Sequence record: LT603033.1
Reading direction: 5' to 3' (one strand)
DNA: 64,000 bases
In this document: positions 9,756 to 17,965 of the stretch, piece after piece
Numbering within the stretch: position 1 is the first letter of the stretch
Layout of the letters: the number at the start of each line of letters is the position of its first letter
The notes under the pieces: generated by a model
Told to the model about the DNA's origin: nothing
The model's input: only the letters and a program-made list of their open reading frames with translations
Databases searched by the model: none
Made by a program: the position numbers and the translations under genes

Positions 9756-9955
9756 ATATCGAACAGTACTACATCGATGCACTACCAACAAAAGGTCTAC
9801 GTGAAAGCCTACTGCATACACAAACTAATTTCAAACACCTCAAACGTAGCCCTAAACTCCTGAACTCGTACAGGAATAATAACATAAGAAATGCTTTACA
9901 AGGGGTAGAATGTATGCAATACTATTACATCCTTACCCTATTAATCGAGTACTAA
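9752..9955 (+). CDS. small hypothetical protein, family A
   Basis: EQYYIDALP ... YYYILTLLIEY; ATGA overlap. Confidence 0.8.
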   Translation: MNIEQYYIDALPTKGLRESLLHTQTNFKHLKRSPKLLNSYRNNNIRNALQGVECMQYYYILTLLIEY

Positions 9956-9956
9956 T

Positions 9957-10166
9957 ATGAATACTGAACATAAAGAATTCTACACCAAATACCTTAGCAA
10001 CGAAGAACAATTGTTTCTAAGGAGTGTATCACCTGTAAGTACCAATACTCAATTCGGTAGAGATTGCTTTAATAATTGTATACGTAGTACTCTAGAAGCA
10101 ATCGAATGCAATAACAAAAATATTATGTACTCAGGTTTAATAGGACTAATATATTTCTATGAATAA
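9957..10166 (+). CDS. small hypothetical protein, family A
   Basis: HKEFY; close paralog of 13333-13542. Confidence 0.8.
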   Translation: MNTEHKEFYTKYLSNEEQLFLRSVSPVSTNTQFGRDCFNNCIRSTLEAIECNNKNIMYSGLIGLIYFYE

Positions 10167-10353
10167 TCATAAAGATTTCTATTGTAGTAAACTACCCAAA
10201 CAAGAACAGCTATCATTCTCTTTAGCACCACCTATGAGAAAGGATAATCTGTATTATAATTACGATTTCAGGATAGAGACACGTGATGCAATAGAACATA
10301 CGTTCCCTGCAACTAAGTACCGCTCTATCCTGAACCTCATCTTTAAGTTCTAA
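10159..10353 (+). CDS. small hypothetical protein, family A
   Basis: MNNHKDFY ... ILNLIFKF. Confidence 0.8.
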   Translation: MNNHKDFYCSKLPKQEQLSFSLAPPMRKDNLYYNYDFRIETRDAIEHTFPATKYRSILNLIFKF

Positions 10354-10363
10354 AAGGTGCTAT

Positions 10364-10573
10364 ATGAAAACTACAAACATTCATCAGTACTACATAGATA
10401 TTCTCCCTAAAGATGTACAGTTCATACTTAAACAAGAATTCAGTACTTTAAAAAAACTAAAAAGAACCGCACCTTCAGCAATCATCCAGCACCAAAAAAA
10501 TGTCGTGCGTAATATACTACAAGGTACACCAGGGACCGAGTACTTTAATATAGTAAGGCTAATTACATTATAA
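10364..10573 (+). CDS. small hypothetical protein, family A
   Basis: HQYYIDILP; paralog of 9752-9955. Confidence 0.8.
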   Translation: MKTTNIHQYYIDILPKDVQFILKQEFSTLKKLKRTAPSAIIQHQKNVVRNILQGTPGTEYFNIVRLITL

Positions 10574-10758
10574 TGAATCATATAAGCTACTACTACCAAC
10601 AACTATCCGACAGAGACAAGTACAGTCACAACTCTCATGTGTGGTACTACAAACGCGGCAGTATAAGAGACAAACAACATTACTTCTGTGTTTCTATTAA
10701 AGAAGCACTTACAACTAAGTACACGTACCGAGCAGTACTTAAACTTATTGAAATGTAA
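10573..10758 (+). CDS. small hypothetical protein, family A
   Basis: SYYYQQL ... YTYRAVLKLI. Confidence 0.8.
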   Translation: MNHISYYYQQLSDRDKYSHNSHVWYYKRGSIRDKQHYFCVSIKEALTTKYTYRAVLKLIEM

Positions 10759-10765
10759 GGAAGAC

Positions 10766-10954
10766 ATGAACACTTTTGAGTACTACTTCAATAAACTAAG
10801 CTCCATAGAACAACAGATGCATAACTCATATATTAAGCACTATCAATCATCTGTACCTGAAATTAAAAACATATCGATTGAGGTTATCACTGACAGGGTA
10901 CTGTCATCGGAACGTTATATGTATATTGATGTACTGAAACTAATCTCTATATAA
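10766..10954 (+). CDS. small hypothetical protein, family A
   Basis: Start trimmed to MNTFEYYF behind AAGGA; ends VLKLISI. Confidence 0.8.
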   Translation: MNTFEYYFNKLSSIEQQMHNSYIKHYQSSVPEIKNISIEVITDRVLSSERYMYIDVLKLISI

Positions 10955-10962
10955 GGAATAAA

Positions 10963-11145
10963 ATGAACATAGAATTCTATTTAACTAAACTACAACACGC
11001 CGAAAGATTCAACTTCAATAAGTTCAATATTTTCTACAATTGCGGGAACAAAAAAGATAAACACACCTTCCTATATGTCGTCACAAGAGATGCACAAAAC
11101 GAAAAGTACACATACAGAGAAGTAATGAAACTAATCTCTATATAA
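10963..11145 (+). CDS. small hypothetical protein, family A
   Basis: MNIEFYL ... YREVMKLISI. Confidence 0.8.
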   Translation: MNIEFYLTKLQHAERFNFNKFNIFYNCGNKKDKHTFLYVVTRDAQNEKYTYREVMKLISI

Positions 11146-11153
11146 GGAATACT

Positions 11154-11333
11154 ATGCAACAATTCTATATAGAACGTATAACCATAAAAGACCGTTTCAT
11201 GTACGACACATTCGTTGATTACTACAAACTAGGAACAAAAAGTACTAAAAATATTAATCTCAATAGCTGCATTTATGCTGTACTAACACAAGATAATCCC
11301 TACAGGGAAATCCTCGCCCTGGCATCTATATAA
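11154..11333 (+). CDS. small hypothetical protein, family A
   Basis: 59 aa, below the ORF-track cutoff; MQQFYIE ... YREILALASI; AAGGA RBS. Confidence 0.75.
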   Translation: MQQFYIERITIKDRFMYDTFVDYYKLGTKSTKNINLNSCIYAVLTQDNPYREILALASI

Positions 11334-11343
11334 AGGAAACCAA

Positions 11344-12015
11344 ATGAAACTTAATGCACACAGCAAACAATACCTTAAGCACTTTAAGTACCTCAATAGT
11401 ATTCAGGCAGAATCAGTTACATCTGCATATACGTATCACCCGAATGTACTAAAGAAACGAAATAAAAAGGAAAAATCCAGTACAAATGGAGTTAACGTAT
11501 CAAAGAACCTTGAATTGTACATGAAGAAAAATAATATAGCTGTTCATTATATGAATATCTATAATACTGATTTAAAAGTATTGAGTACTAATACGAGCAC
11601 AAAGGTACTAAAGAACGCATCCTTCATCATCAATATGCAGTTGGATAATACCCCGTGCACTTTAATGCTATACTTCGGGAATACATACTTCTTCGGGAAT
11701 TGTAACACCTCCCACGATGTCAATACAGCACAATTCCAAATGGGTGGCATATACTCTACTGATGCAGAAAAAGTACACGAGAATATGCACTTCTGGCAAG
11801 CACAACGTACAGAAGAAACTGATACAGTACTGCAATTCCTCAAAGAACTAGAACACAAAGAACTACAGGAAGAAGAACTATTCATGTACAGTACTGTAAT
11901 CGATAATCCAGTACTCTATAAAAACGCGTACAATCTGACAAAACATGTACAGGAAATTATCAGTACTAATAAGAAAATGCATCACCTCATTACGTATATT
12001 ACAAACTATGTATAA
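11344..12015 (+). CDS. hypothetical protein carrying the family C motif (EEELFMYSTV)
   Basis: 223 aa; motif near the C-terminus as in the 40.9-64 kb proteins. Confidence 0.8.
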   Translation: MKLNAHSKQYLKHFKYLNSIQAESVTSAYTYHPNVLKKRNKKEKSSTNGVNVSKNLELYMKKNNIAVHYMNIYNTDLKVLSTNTSTKVLKNASFIINMQLDNTPCTLMLYFGNTYFFGNCNTSHDVNTAQFQMGGIYSTDAEKVHENMHFWQAQRTEETDTVLQFLKELEHKELQEEELFMYSTVIDNPVLYKNAYNLTKHVQEIISTNKKMHHLITYITNYV

Positions 12016-12190
12016 AGAATACTACCAAGAACATCTCCCAATGCATCTCCAACACCTTGTACCCAAAGAACCAATAGGAATAAAAGATCACGCAAAAATA
12101 ATGTTCCAACAATGTACTAAGTACACGCTCATATACGATGATAATCCATATATGCTGTACTACGTAGTAATGCTAACATTCAGGTACTAA
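12008..12190 (+). CDS. small hypothetical protein, family A
   Basis: Start trimmed to MYKEYY; ends LTFRY. Confidence 0.8.
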   Translation: MYKEYYQEHLPMHLQHLVPKEPIGIKDHAKIMFQQCTKYTLIYDDNPYMLYYVVMLTFRY

Positions 12191-12191
12191 T

Positions 12192-12371
12192 ATGCACAAA
12201 CATAAAGAATTCTACCTCTCGTACCTTAATTCCGATATAGTAACATCCAATACCTTCAGTACTAAAATTATCTATAATGAATTAATAAAAGAATGTATTA
12301 AAGGTGCTATTAACCCTAAAGATACGTATGACTTGTACTATGCAGTACTAACCCTTGTTTTCACGAAATAA
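12192..12371 (+). CDS. small hypothetical protein, family A
   Basis: 59 aa, not in track; MHKHKEFYL ... YYAVLTLVFTK. Confidence 0.75.
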   Translation: MHKHKEFYLSYLNSDIVTSNTFSTKIIYNELIKECIKGAINPKDTYDLYYAVLTLVFTK

Positions 12372-12379
12372 CACATAAT

Positions 12380-12571
12380 ATGAATAACCACAAAGAATAC
12401 TACATAGAGAAACTCCCAATGTATCTCCAACACCTTGTACCAAACGTTGCATTGGGTATAGAAAAAAACTACGAAAAAGACTACTTCATTCAGTGCACTA
12501 AATCCTCGATATATATTGACGACTATAATCGAGTACTGTATCACATCCTTTTACTAATATATAGGTACTAA
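12380..12571 (+). CDS. small hypothetical protein, family A
   Basis: MNNHKEYY ... LLLIYRY. Confidence 0.8.
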   Translation: MNNHKEYYIEKLPMYLQHLVPNVALGIEKNYEKDYFIQCTKSSIYIDDYNRVLYHILLLIYRY

Positions 12572-12572
12572 T

Positions 12573-12755
12573 ATGCACAAAGAATACTACACACAATTTC
12601 TCCCCAGCATTTTTGAACACTACGCCAGATACAAAGTCCCTATGGATAACGATTTGGCAGTACTGGGATTCAATAACTGCATAGAACGAAGTATAGAAAA
12701 TAGTAGTAGTTATGACCAGCTATATAACACTATCCTACTTATATTCAGGTACTAA
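12573..12755 (+). CDS. small hypothetical protein, family A
   Basis: MHKEYY ... LLIFRY. Confidence 0.8.
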   Translation: MHKEYYTQFLPSIFEHYARYKVPMDNDLAVLGFNNCIERSIENSSSYDQLYNTILLIFRY

Positions 12756-12756
12756 C

Positions 12757-12945
12757 ATGCATAAAGAATACTACACAAAATATTTCCCAATGTACCTCAG
12801 AACTAATCTATTAGATAAACCTCGCGGTATCAATGCACAAAATGATAAAGTGTACTTTACTATGTGCACTAAAGCATGTATACTAGATTTTGACAGCTAT
12901 CATCGAGTACTGTATCATACCCTGTACCTAGCTTTCGTATTCTAA
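12757..12945 (+). CDS. small hypothetical protein, family A
   Basis: Start trimmed to MHKEYY. Confidence 0.8.
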   Translation: MHKEYYTKYFPMYLRTNLLDKPRGINAQNDKVYFTMCTKACILDFDSYHRVLYHTLYLAFVF

Positions 12946-12954
12946 GAGAACAAT

Positions 12955-13140
12955 ATGCATAAAGAATTCTACTTAAGCCATCTCGATCTAAACTCCCAAA
13001 TGCTTATACCACTAATCCCAATAGATATCAAGGATAAGAAAAATACCGAACAATTCATTTACCATACACAGTGTGCGATCACCCCAAATTACATTCCATA
13101 TGAATTGTACTACATTATCGCCCTAATATATAGGTACTAA
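12955..13140 (+). CDS. small hypothetical protein, family A
   Basis: MHKEFY ... ALIYRY. Confidence 0.8.
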   Translation: MHKEFYLSHLDLNSQMLIPLIPIDIKDKKNTEQFIYHTQCAITPNYIPYELYYIIALIYRY

Positions 13141-13141
13141 T

Positions 13142-13327
13142 ATGCATAGAGAATACTACACACAATTTGTTAAAGGGAACTACAAACATGCCGTACCCAG
13201 AACCCCTTTAAATTCTCATGACCCAAGTACTATATTCTTGTTCCATGACGCAATACGTACAGTACTCAATACTAAAGATGAAGATGTGCAGTACGTATTC
13301 TTACTATTACTTATATACAGACACTAA
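13142..13327 (+). CDS. small hypothetical protein, family A
   Basis: MHREYY ... LLIYRH. Confidence 0.8.
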   Translation: MHREYYTQFVKGNYKHAVPRTPLNSHDPSTIFLFHDAIRTVLNTKDEDVQYVFLLLLIYRH

Positions 13328-13332
13328 CTAAT

Positions 13333-13542
13333 ATGAATAAAGAACATAAAGAATTCTACTCCAAATACATAAGCCCCTCAGAACAAATGTTTCTAAGGAC
13401 TACTCCACCTTTAAGTACTAATACATTTTTCGGCAGAGTATGCTACAATAATTGTATTCAAATGACTTTAAACGCAAACGAAGATGGTAACAGTACTAAC
13501 CTGTACTCAGGTATCATAGGTATACTATTCCTGTATGAATAA
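13333..13542 (+). CDS. small hypothetical protein, family A
   Basis: MNKEHKEFY; close paralog of 9957-10166. Confidence 0.8.
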   Translation: MNKEHKEFYSKYISPSEQMFLRTTPPLSTNTFFGRVCYNNCIQMTLNANEDGNSTNLYSGIIGILFLYE

Positions 13543-13723
13543 TTACAAAGACTTCTATTTGAATACACTACCTACTGTACTTTCTCTAAGTGCTCAATGT
13601 AAAATCCCCCTGGATAATGCTTACGCCAGATATAGCTATTCCATAACTGTTAATCGATGTATAGAGAATCATTGCAGTACTAACCAGTACTATAACATAA
13701 TCCTACTTATATTCAGGTACTAA
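13535..13723 (+). CDS. small hypothetical protein, family A
   Basis: MNNYKDFY ... LLIFRY. Confidence 0.8.
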   Translation: MNNYKDFYLNTLPTVLSLSAQCKIPLDNAYARYSYSITVNRCIENHCSTNQYYNIILLIFRY

Positions 13724-13724
13724 T

Positions 13725-13907
13725 ATGAATAAAGAACATAAAGAATTCTATATACGAAAACTAACATTCGTCCCCGTAAGAATATATAAAGAATGCGACC
13801 CAAGATTATACCTATGGCACTTCAATGAGTGCATAAAAGATTCTATATACCCTAAGAACTATAAAGAACAATTGTGCTCAGTACTAACACTAGTACTATC
13901 ATATTAA
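13725..13907 (+). CDS. small hypothetical protein, family A
   Basis: MNKEHKEFY. Confidence 0.8.
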   Translation: MNKEHKEFYIRKLTFVPVRIYKECDPRLYLWHFNECIKDSIYPKNYKEQLCSVLTLVLSY

Positions 13908-13922
13908 TTAATAGAGAATACT

Positions 13923-14123
13923 ATGTATAAAAACTTCTATATAAGTAAACTAAAAGAAAATGAACAAGTATGGATTAGATCTATAATTCCACTGGCATTT
14001 AATAGATATGCATTTAACAGATGTACCGAGATTGCTATAGACCCTTATAATATTAAAGAGAATGTACAGTATAATCAGTATAATCAGTACTACTATATCT
14101 TAATGATTATATATAGGAAGTAA
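13923..14123 (+). CDS. small hypothetical protein, family A
   Basis: MYKNFY ... MIIYRK. Confidence 0.8.
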   Translation: MYKNFYISKLKENEQVWIRSIIPLAFNRYAFNRCTEIAIDPYNIKENVQYNQYNQYYYILMIIYRK

Positions 14124-14314
14124 TATAGCTAGGGGAAGCTCCGTAGTGGAAGCATTATACAGGCTTTAACATATGTTGCATATGTTAAAATTCAGCCTGG
14201 ACAAATGCGATCACTAGGATTCTCCCCAGGCTAAACCCCGTAATCATAGGTAGTCATAAGTAATCATATATAAACATTTATATGAGCACCGTAGAATCAC
14301 AGAATGATTATATA

Positions 14315-14509
14315 TGATTCAGTACTGATTAGTATAGACAAGATTGCTCAAGAATGCACGGAAATGTGTGTGAATGATTCAGTACTGATTAGTATAGACA
14401 AGATTGCTCAAGAATGCACGGAAATGTGTGTGAATGATTCAGTACTGATTAGTATAGACAAGATTGCTCAAGAATGCACGGAAATGTGTGTGAATGATTC
14501 AGTACTGAT
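14315..14509. repeat. 60-bp exact tandem repeat, 3.25 copies
   Basis: Unit TGATTCAGTACTGATTAGTATAGACAAGATTGCTCAAGAATGCACGGAAATGTGTGTGAA at 14315, 14375, 14435 and partial at 14495. Confidence 0.95.
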
Positions 14510-14655
14510 ATGCCACTAAGTAGGCAGAGGAAGTCTGCCGTACTTTGTAGTTTCCAAGCTCCTTTTCCATTTTGCAAATTACATCAAATGTAATCAAAAG
14601 TAATCACGCAATGATTAGTACTGAATTATTACTTTCACCTTAATTACAATTACCC

Positions 14656-14675
14656 TTTTACCCTTCGGGGTAAAA
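14656..14675. terminator. bidirectional hairpin with cUUCGg tetraloop
   Basis: TTTTACCC-TTCG-GGGTAAAA. Confidence 0.6.
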
Positions 14676-14883
14676 TTCAATTACCCCTTGAGGCTCCAGC
14701 AAAAAGTTGGTTAGTACTCCATCCTAAATCTCGATCCTAAAAATTTTGGAGTACCTATGAAATAAAAGTTGGATCTTCGAAAGTTGAAATTTACGTTGGG
14801 ACGTTTATGATTTGTGGGATATAATGATGTTTGTAGTCGGGTAGTTCTCAAGAATATCAGTACTGAATAATGAAAGAAAGCTA

Positions 14884-14911
14884 TTGACATTATGATTCAG
14901 TACTGTATAAT
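14884..14911 (+). promoter_or_regulatory. sigma70 promoter with no downstream ORF
   Basis: TTGACA-16 nt-TATAAT. Confidence 0.75.
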
Positions 14912-14917
14912 GTTCTA

Positions 14918-15215
14918 CATAGCTTCAAGGGGTGATGAGTTGCTGCGAACAATTCATTTACTCTACCTCCTGTCGTGAGACAGTACAGAAAAGATAGTTC
15001 CTCCTGTGGTGGTACATCTTTTTGAACCTCATATGAAAATCGTAATAACAGTACTGATATTAACAGAATGGTGTCAGTACTGATTTTAATCTAAAGCATT
15101 ATACCACCAGCTTGTGCTGGTGGATTCCCTCTAACAGTATTCAGTACTACATGATGGTCTTCATCCTCCTAGGGTAACATAGTGAGGGCTATGATGGCAG
15201 TACTGAATACTCCCT
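14918..15215 (+). ncRNA. candidate structured non-coding RNA
   Basis: Follows the 14884 promoter; successive hairpins CTGTC-GTGA-GACAG, CCACCAGC-TTGT-GCTGGTGG and AGTATTCAGTACT...AGTACTGAATACT; no ORF longer than about 20 codons seen. Confidence 0.4.
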
Positions 15216-15308
15216 TTCAAAAGATAGATCTATGGTATAGTACTGACGGATTTTGGGTGTAGTTACCCTGGATGGATTTTGGGCGTAGATATGTCTAGCC
15301 CTCCAGAA

Positions 15309-15434
15309 GTCTGGAAGTAAAGATGGCTATCCATCTAGACGGCTAAACGGCTAGATTTCTGGATGGCTGGATGGCTAGACGTTTGGACGGCTAAACGGCT
15401 AGATGGTTACACGTCTGGAAGTATAGACGGCTAA
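15309..15434. repeat. short direct-repeat cluster (YGGCTA units)
   Basis: About 8 YGGCT(A) units; GACGGCTAAACGGCTAGAT at 15338 and 15386; GTCTGGAAGTA at 15309 and 15413. Confidence 0.85.
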
Positions 15435-15589
15435 ATCAAAATTTTATTTTGTTTTTCCAATAGTTCCCCTACCGCGTGGGGATAGTTTCCCCGCAGTATC
15501 TGGAGTTAGATTTTTCTGAATCTGGAATCATTATCTTATAAACTGGGGGCAATGTCAACGACCTGGACGGATATTTTTAAAAATTTTTT

Positions 15590-15649
15590 CAGTACTGAAT
15601 TTTGGGCGTAACTATGCACCCGGTGGGCTTGAGTCTTTCTCGACTTGAT
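15590..15649 (-). ncRNA. candidate two-hairpin RNA/leader element, family R1
   Basis: Minus-strand TTGCTT-16-TATAAT promoter, AGTC-GAGAAA-GACT hairpin, AGCCCACCGGGTGC at 15616-15629. Confidence 0.5.
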
Positions 15650-15749
15650 GGAACTATTATACAGTACTGGAAAAATAAAGCAATACCCTGGATGAAAAAA
15701 GTTTTAATTAATTTGCTTGCCATCCTGGGCCGGACTATGGTACTATAAT

Positions 15750-15797
15750 TCAGTACTGAGAAAGTGCGTTAACCTGCTAGGGTGCGGGAGTGTATCC
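15750..15797 (+). ncRNA. candidate R1 element (degenerate)
   Basis: AACCTGCTAGGGTGCGGGAGTGTATC at 15771; tail matches the 17766 copy. Confidence 0.4.
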
Positions 15798-16060
15798 TTT
15801 TTTTATATCTTGAATTTTGGACGGATCTTCCCACCCCCTGGGGTATCCGCTTTCTCGCGTCTATGTAGTAATTATACGCTTTTTCAGGATCAAGTCAATA
15901 CCTAAAAACAAAATAATTGAAAATAATTTAACGCGTTTAAACGGCCCGTAAAGCCCTGGAATGATTGGAATGGTGCAAATGTATAGCTTGGGTGTATTAA
16001 TGCGTTAGAATGCGTCTGAGGCCGTTTTACGGGGTGTAGTAGTGATTTGGTGGATTGATT

Positions 16061-16200
16061 CAGTACTGAATAATAGTACTCCTATATAGAAAGATAGTTC
16101 CCCTGGATGGTTGCAGTACTGAATAATAGTACTCCTATATAGAAAGATAGTTCCCCTGGATGGTTGCAGTACTGAATAATAGTTCCCCTATATAGAAAGA
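16061..16200. repeat. 53-bp tandem repeat, about 2.6 copies
   Basis: Unit CAGTACTGAATAATAGTACTCCTATATAGAAAGATAGTTCCCCTGGATGGTTG at 16061 and 16114, partial at 16167. Confidence 0.95.
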
Positions 16201-16231
16201 AAACTATTTTAAAAGTATTTGTAGAAAGTAC

Positions 16232-16259
16232 TTGCAAACTATGTTTAACGGCGTATAAT
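16232..16259 (+). promoter_or_regulatory. first early-type sigma70 promoter
   Basis: AAAGTAC-TTGCAA-16-TATAAT-GTTTTACAT; near-copies recur before 16771, 17453 and at about 17930. Confidence 0.8.
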
Positions 16260-16314
16260 GTTTTACATCGAGAGCGGGAACACTTCCCGCTACATATTAC
16301 GAGAGATTAAAACG

Positions 16315-16677
16315 ATGGCGACTCAAATCACTAAAATTATTGCTAACCTGGTTAACTTTCGCGACGAGATGAAAGATCTTCCGGCAGAAACGGTAAAAAT
16401 TCACATTGCAGCTTATCGGGAACTTATTGCAATGTTACCTCTTAAGCGTGAACAATACGCCGCTACCGTGATGCTTGATGCGATGATCCATAAGATGATC
16501 GCCAGTGATTTAACGATGGTTTATCAGTATATGGGCGAAAATTTCGCGGTGTATAGTAAACCAGTACCAGGAATGGAAAGTACAGAAGTATTACACGGTT
16601 TAAATTTAAAACAAGATGCATGGGATAATATGCCTCGTTTCCTGGTATGGGCTGACAGTGGCAAAATTTACGAATAA
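16315..16677 (+). CDS. hypothetical early protein
   Basis: Start trimmed to MATQITK after promoter, hairpin and GAGAG RBS. Confidence 0.75.
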   Translation: MATQITKIIANLVNFRDEMKDLPAETVKIHIAAYRELIAMLPLKREQYAATVMLDAMIHKMIASDLTMVYQYMGENFAVYSKPVPGMESTEVLHGLNLKQDAWDNMPRFLVWADSGKIYE

Positions 16678-16770
16678 GTTTAATAAAGTACTTGCAAACT
16701 ATGTTTAATGGCGTATAATGTTTTACATCAGGTGGGGAATAGTTCCCCACTATATAAGAGGATTAAAAAA

Positions 16771-17010
16771 ATGGCTAAATCAAAAATGTTCTTAGGTCAC
16801 AAAAACAAAACTCATTGGAATGTAAGCCTTTGGATTAATAACGATGAATCATTATACCGGTTGGCCCTGGACTTTATTGCCGCCAATACTAATCGCAATG
16901 ATGCGGCCCGTCATATGATGTTATTTTTAGAACAGACTGGACAAGATAAAACACCGGACGGATTCAAATATAGCACTACTGCGATCCGTGCGGCAATGGT
17001 TGGAATGTAA
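16771..17010 (+). CDS. conserved phage hypothetical protein (HWNVSLWINNDE motif)
   Basis: GAGGA RBS; motif recognisable from many phage early proteins; function unknown. Confidence 0.75.
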   Translation: MAKSKMFLGHKNKTHWNVSLWINNDESLYRLALDFIAANTNRNDAARHMMLFLEQTGQDKTPDGFKYSTTAIRAAMVGM

Positions 17011-17098
17011 TAGAATAGAATTTATTTAAAGTACTATTGCACGGGGATAGTACTTTATAATAGTGTTTTATTCATACACCAACGATAAGGGCAACAGC

Positions 17099-17365
17099 AT
17101 GAATATTAAGTATTTTGCGACGCGTGAACAAGCTCGGATCGCCGCACGCCAGGACGGGGCAACGTTTAAAGATATGGGCGTACAATCGGAACGTGGTAAA
17201 CGTTGGGCCATTGTAAAGCGTAGTACCGCCAGATCATTACAGTACTGGTTAGCGGCCTTAAAAAGACCCGATAGTGTATCGCGACGAGTGGTAGAAATAA
17301 AGCTCGACCGAAAGGGCAACCGCGTGACCGTGTACCGTACTAAAAAGATTGCAGTACTTGAATAA
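17099..17365 (+). CDS. hypothetical early protein, paralog of 28556-28951
   Basis: Shared ATRE-AR-AR-G-FKDMG, RWA and DRKGNRVTVY. Confidence 0.75.
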   Translation: MNIKYFATREQARIAARQDGATFKDMGVQSERGKRWAIVKRSTARSLQYWLAALKRPDSVSRRVVEIKLDRKGNRVTVYRTKKIAVLE

Positions 17366-17452
17366 AAAGTACTTGCAAACTATGTTTAAAGGCGTATAAT
17401 GTTTTACATCGAGAGCGGGAACTCTTCCCGCCTATAACCTGGAGTAATAAAA

Positions 17453-17683
17453 ATGACTAATATGTATATGACTGAAGTTAAAACCGTAAAAGATACTACC
17501 ACGAATAAAACTACTTACTTACAGCGGATCTGTGGTGTATGGCAACGTATCAGCAAATCAAAGTACTTTAAATTAACATCATATGCAAACCGTTCGGATT
17601 CATTCAGTACTGAAATAAAAGGTAATAAAGTACACCAATACGGCACTTATTATTATTATAGCCTGGACGCGATTGCAGTATAA
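17453..17683 (+). CDS. hypothetical early protein
   Basis: GGAG RBS, own promoter and leader hairpin. Confidence 0.75.
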   Translation: MTNMYMTEVKTVKDTTTNKTTYLQRICGVWQRISKSKYFKLTSYANRSDSFSTEIKGNKVHQYGTYYYYSLDAIAV

Positions 17684-17748
17684 GCAGTTTACAAATCTTT
17701 ACAATTGCCGGTATTGACTTATTTTGTCAGTACTGGCATAATGTATTC

Positions 17749-17795
17749 ATTGGCAGATAAGCCGTAGCCCATAGGGTGCGGGAGTGTATCTATAG
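17749..17795 (+). ncRNA. candidate R1 element
   Basis: TTGACT-17-CATAAT promoter; GGC-AGATAA-GCC hairpin; AGCCCATAGGGTGC at 17766-17779. Confidence 0.5.
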
Positions 17796-17804
17796 AAAAA
17801 GTAG

Positions 17805-17851
17805 TTTATTACAGTTACAATTGTGCACCCGGTGGGTTAGCTGTTGTCATG
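17805..17851 (-). ncRNA. candidate R1 element, convergent with the 17749 copy
   Basis: Minus-strand TTGACA-17-CATAAT; AACCCACCGGGTGC at 17825-17838. Confidence 0.5.
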
Positions 17852-17965
17852 GGGTATATTATGCCAGTACTGGATAGTGCTGTCAATACCTTTTTACTAT
17901 TCAGTACTGAAAACTATTTTTAAAAAGTACTTGCAAACTATGTTTAAAGGCGTATAATGTTTTAC

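Noticed and set aside
12380-13907. T4 capsid-targeting sequence resemblance of MHKEFY / MNNHKEYY
   Set aside because: Only KE(F/Y) matches MKT(Y/F)(Q/K)EF, and no Glu cleavage site is conserved at residue 10; too weak to claim.
14304-14519. 71-aa ORF with a 20-aa repeat
   Set aside because: It is the translation of the 60-bp tandem repeat (unit length divisible by 3); no RBS seen.
14315-16200. CRISPR array
   Set aside because: The 60-bp and 53-bp repeats are head-to-tail with no unique spacers, and there are no cas genes in the window.
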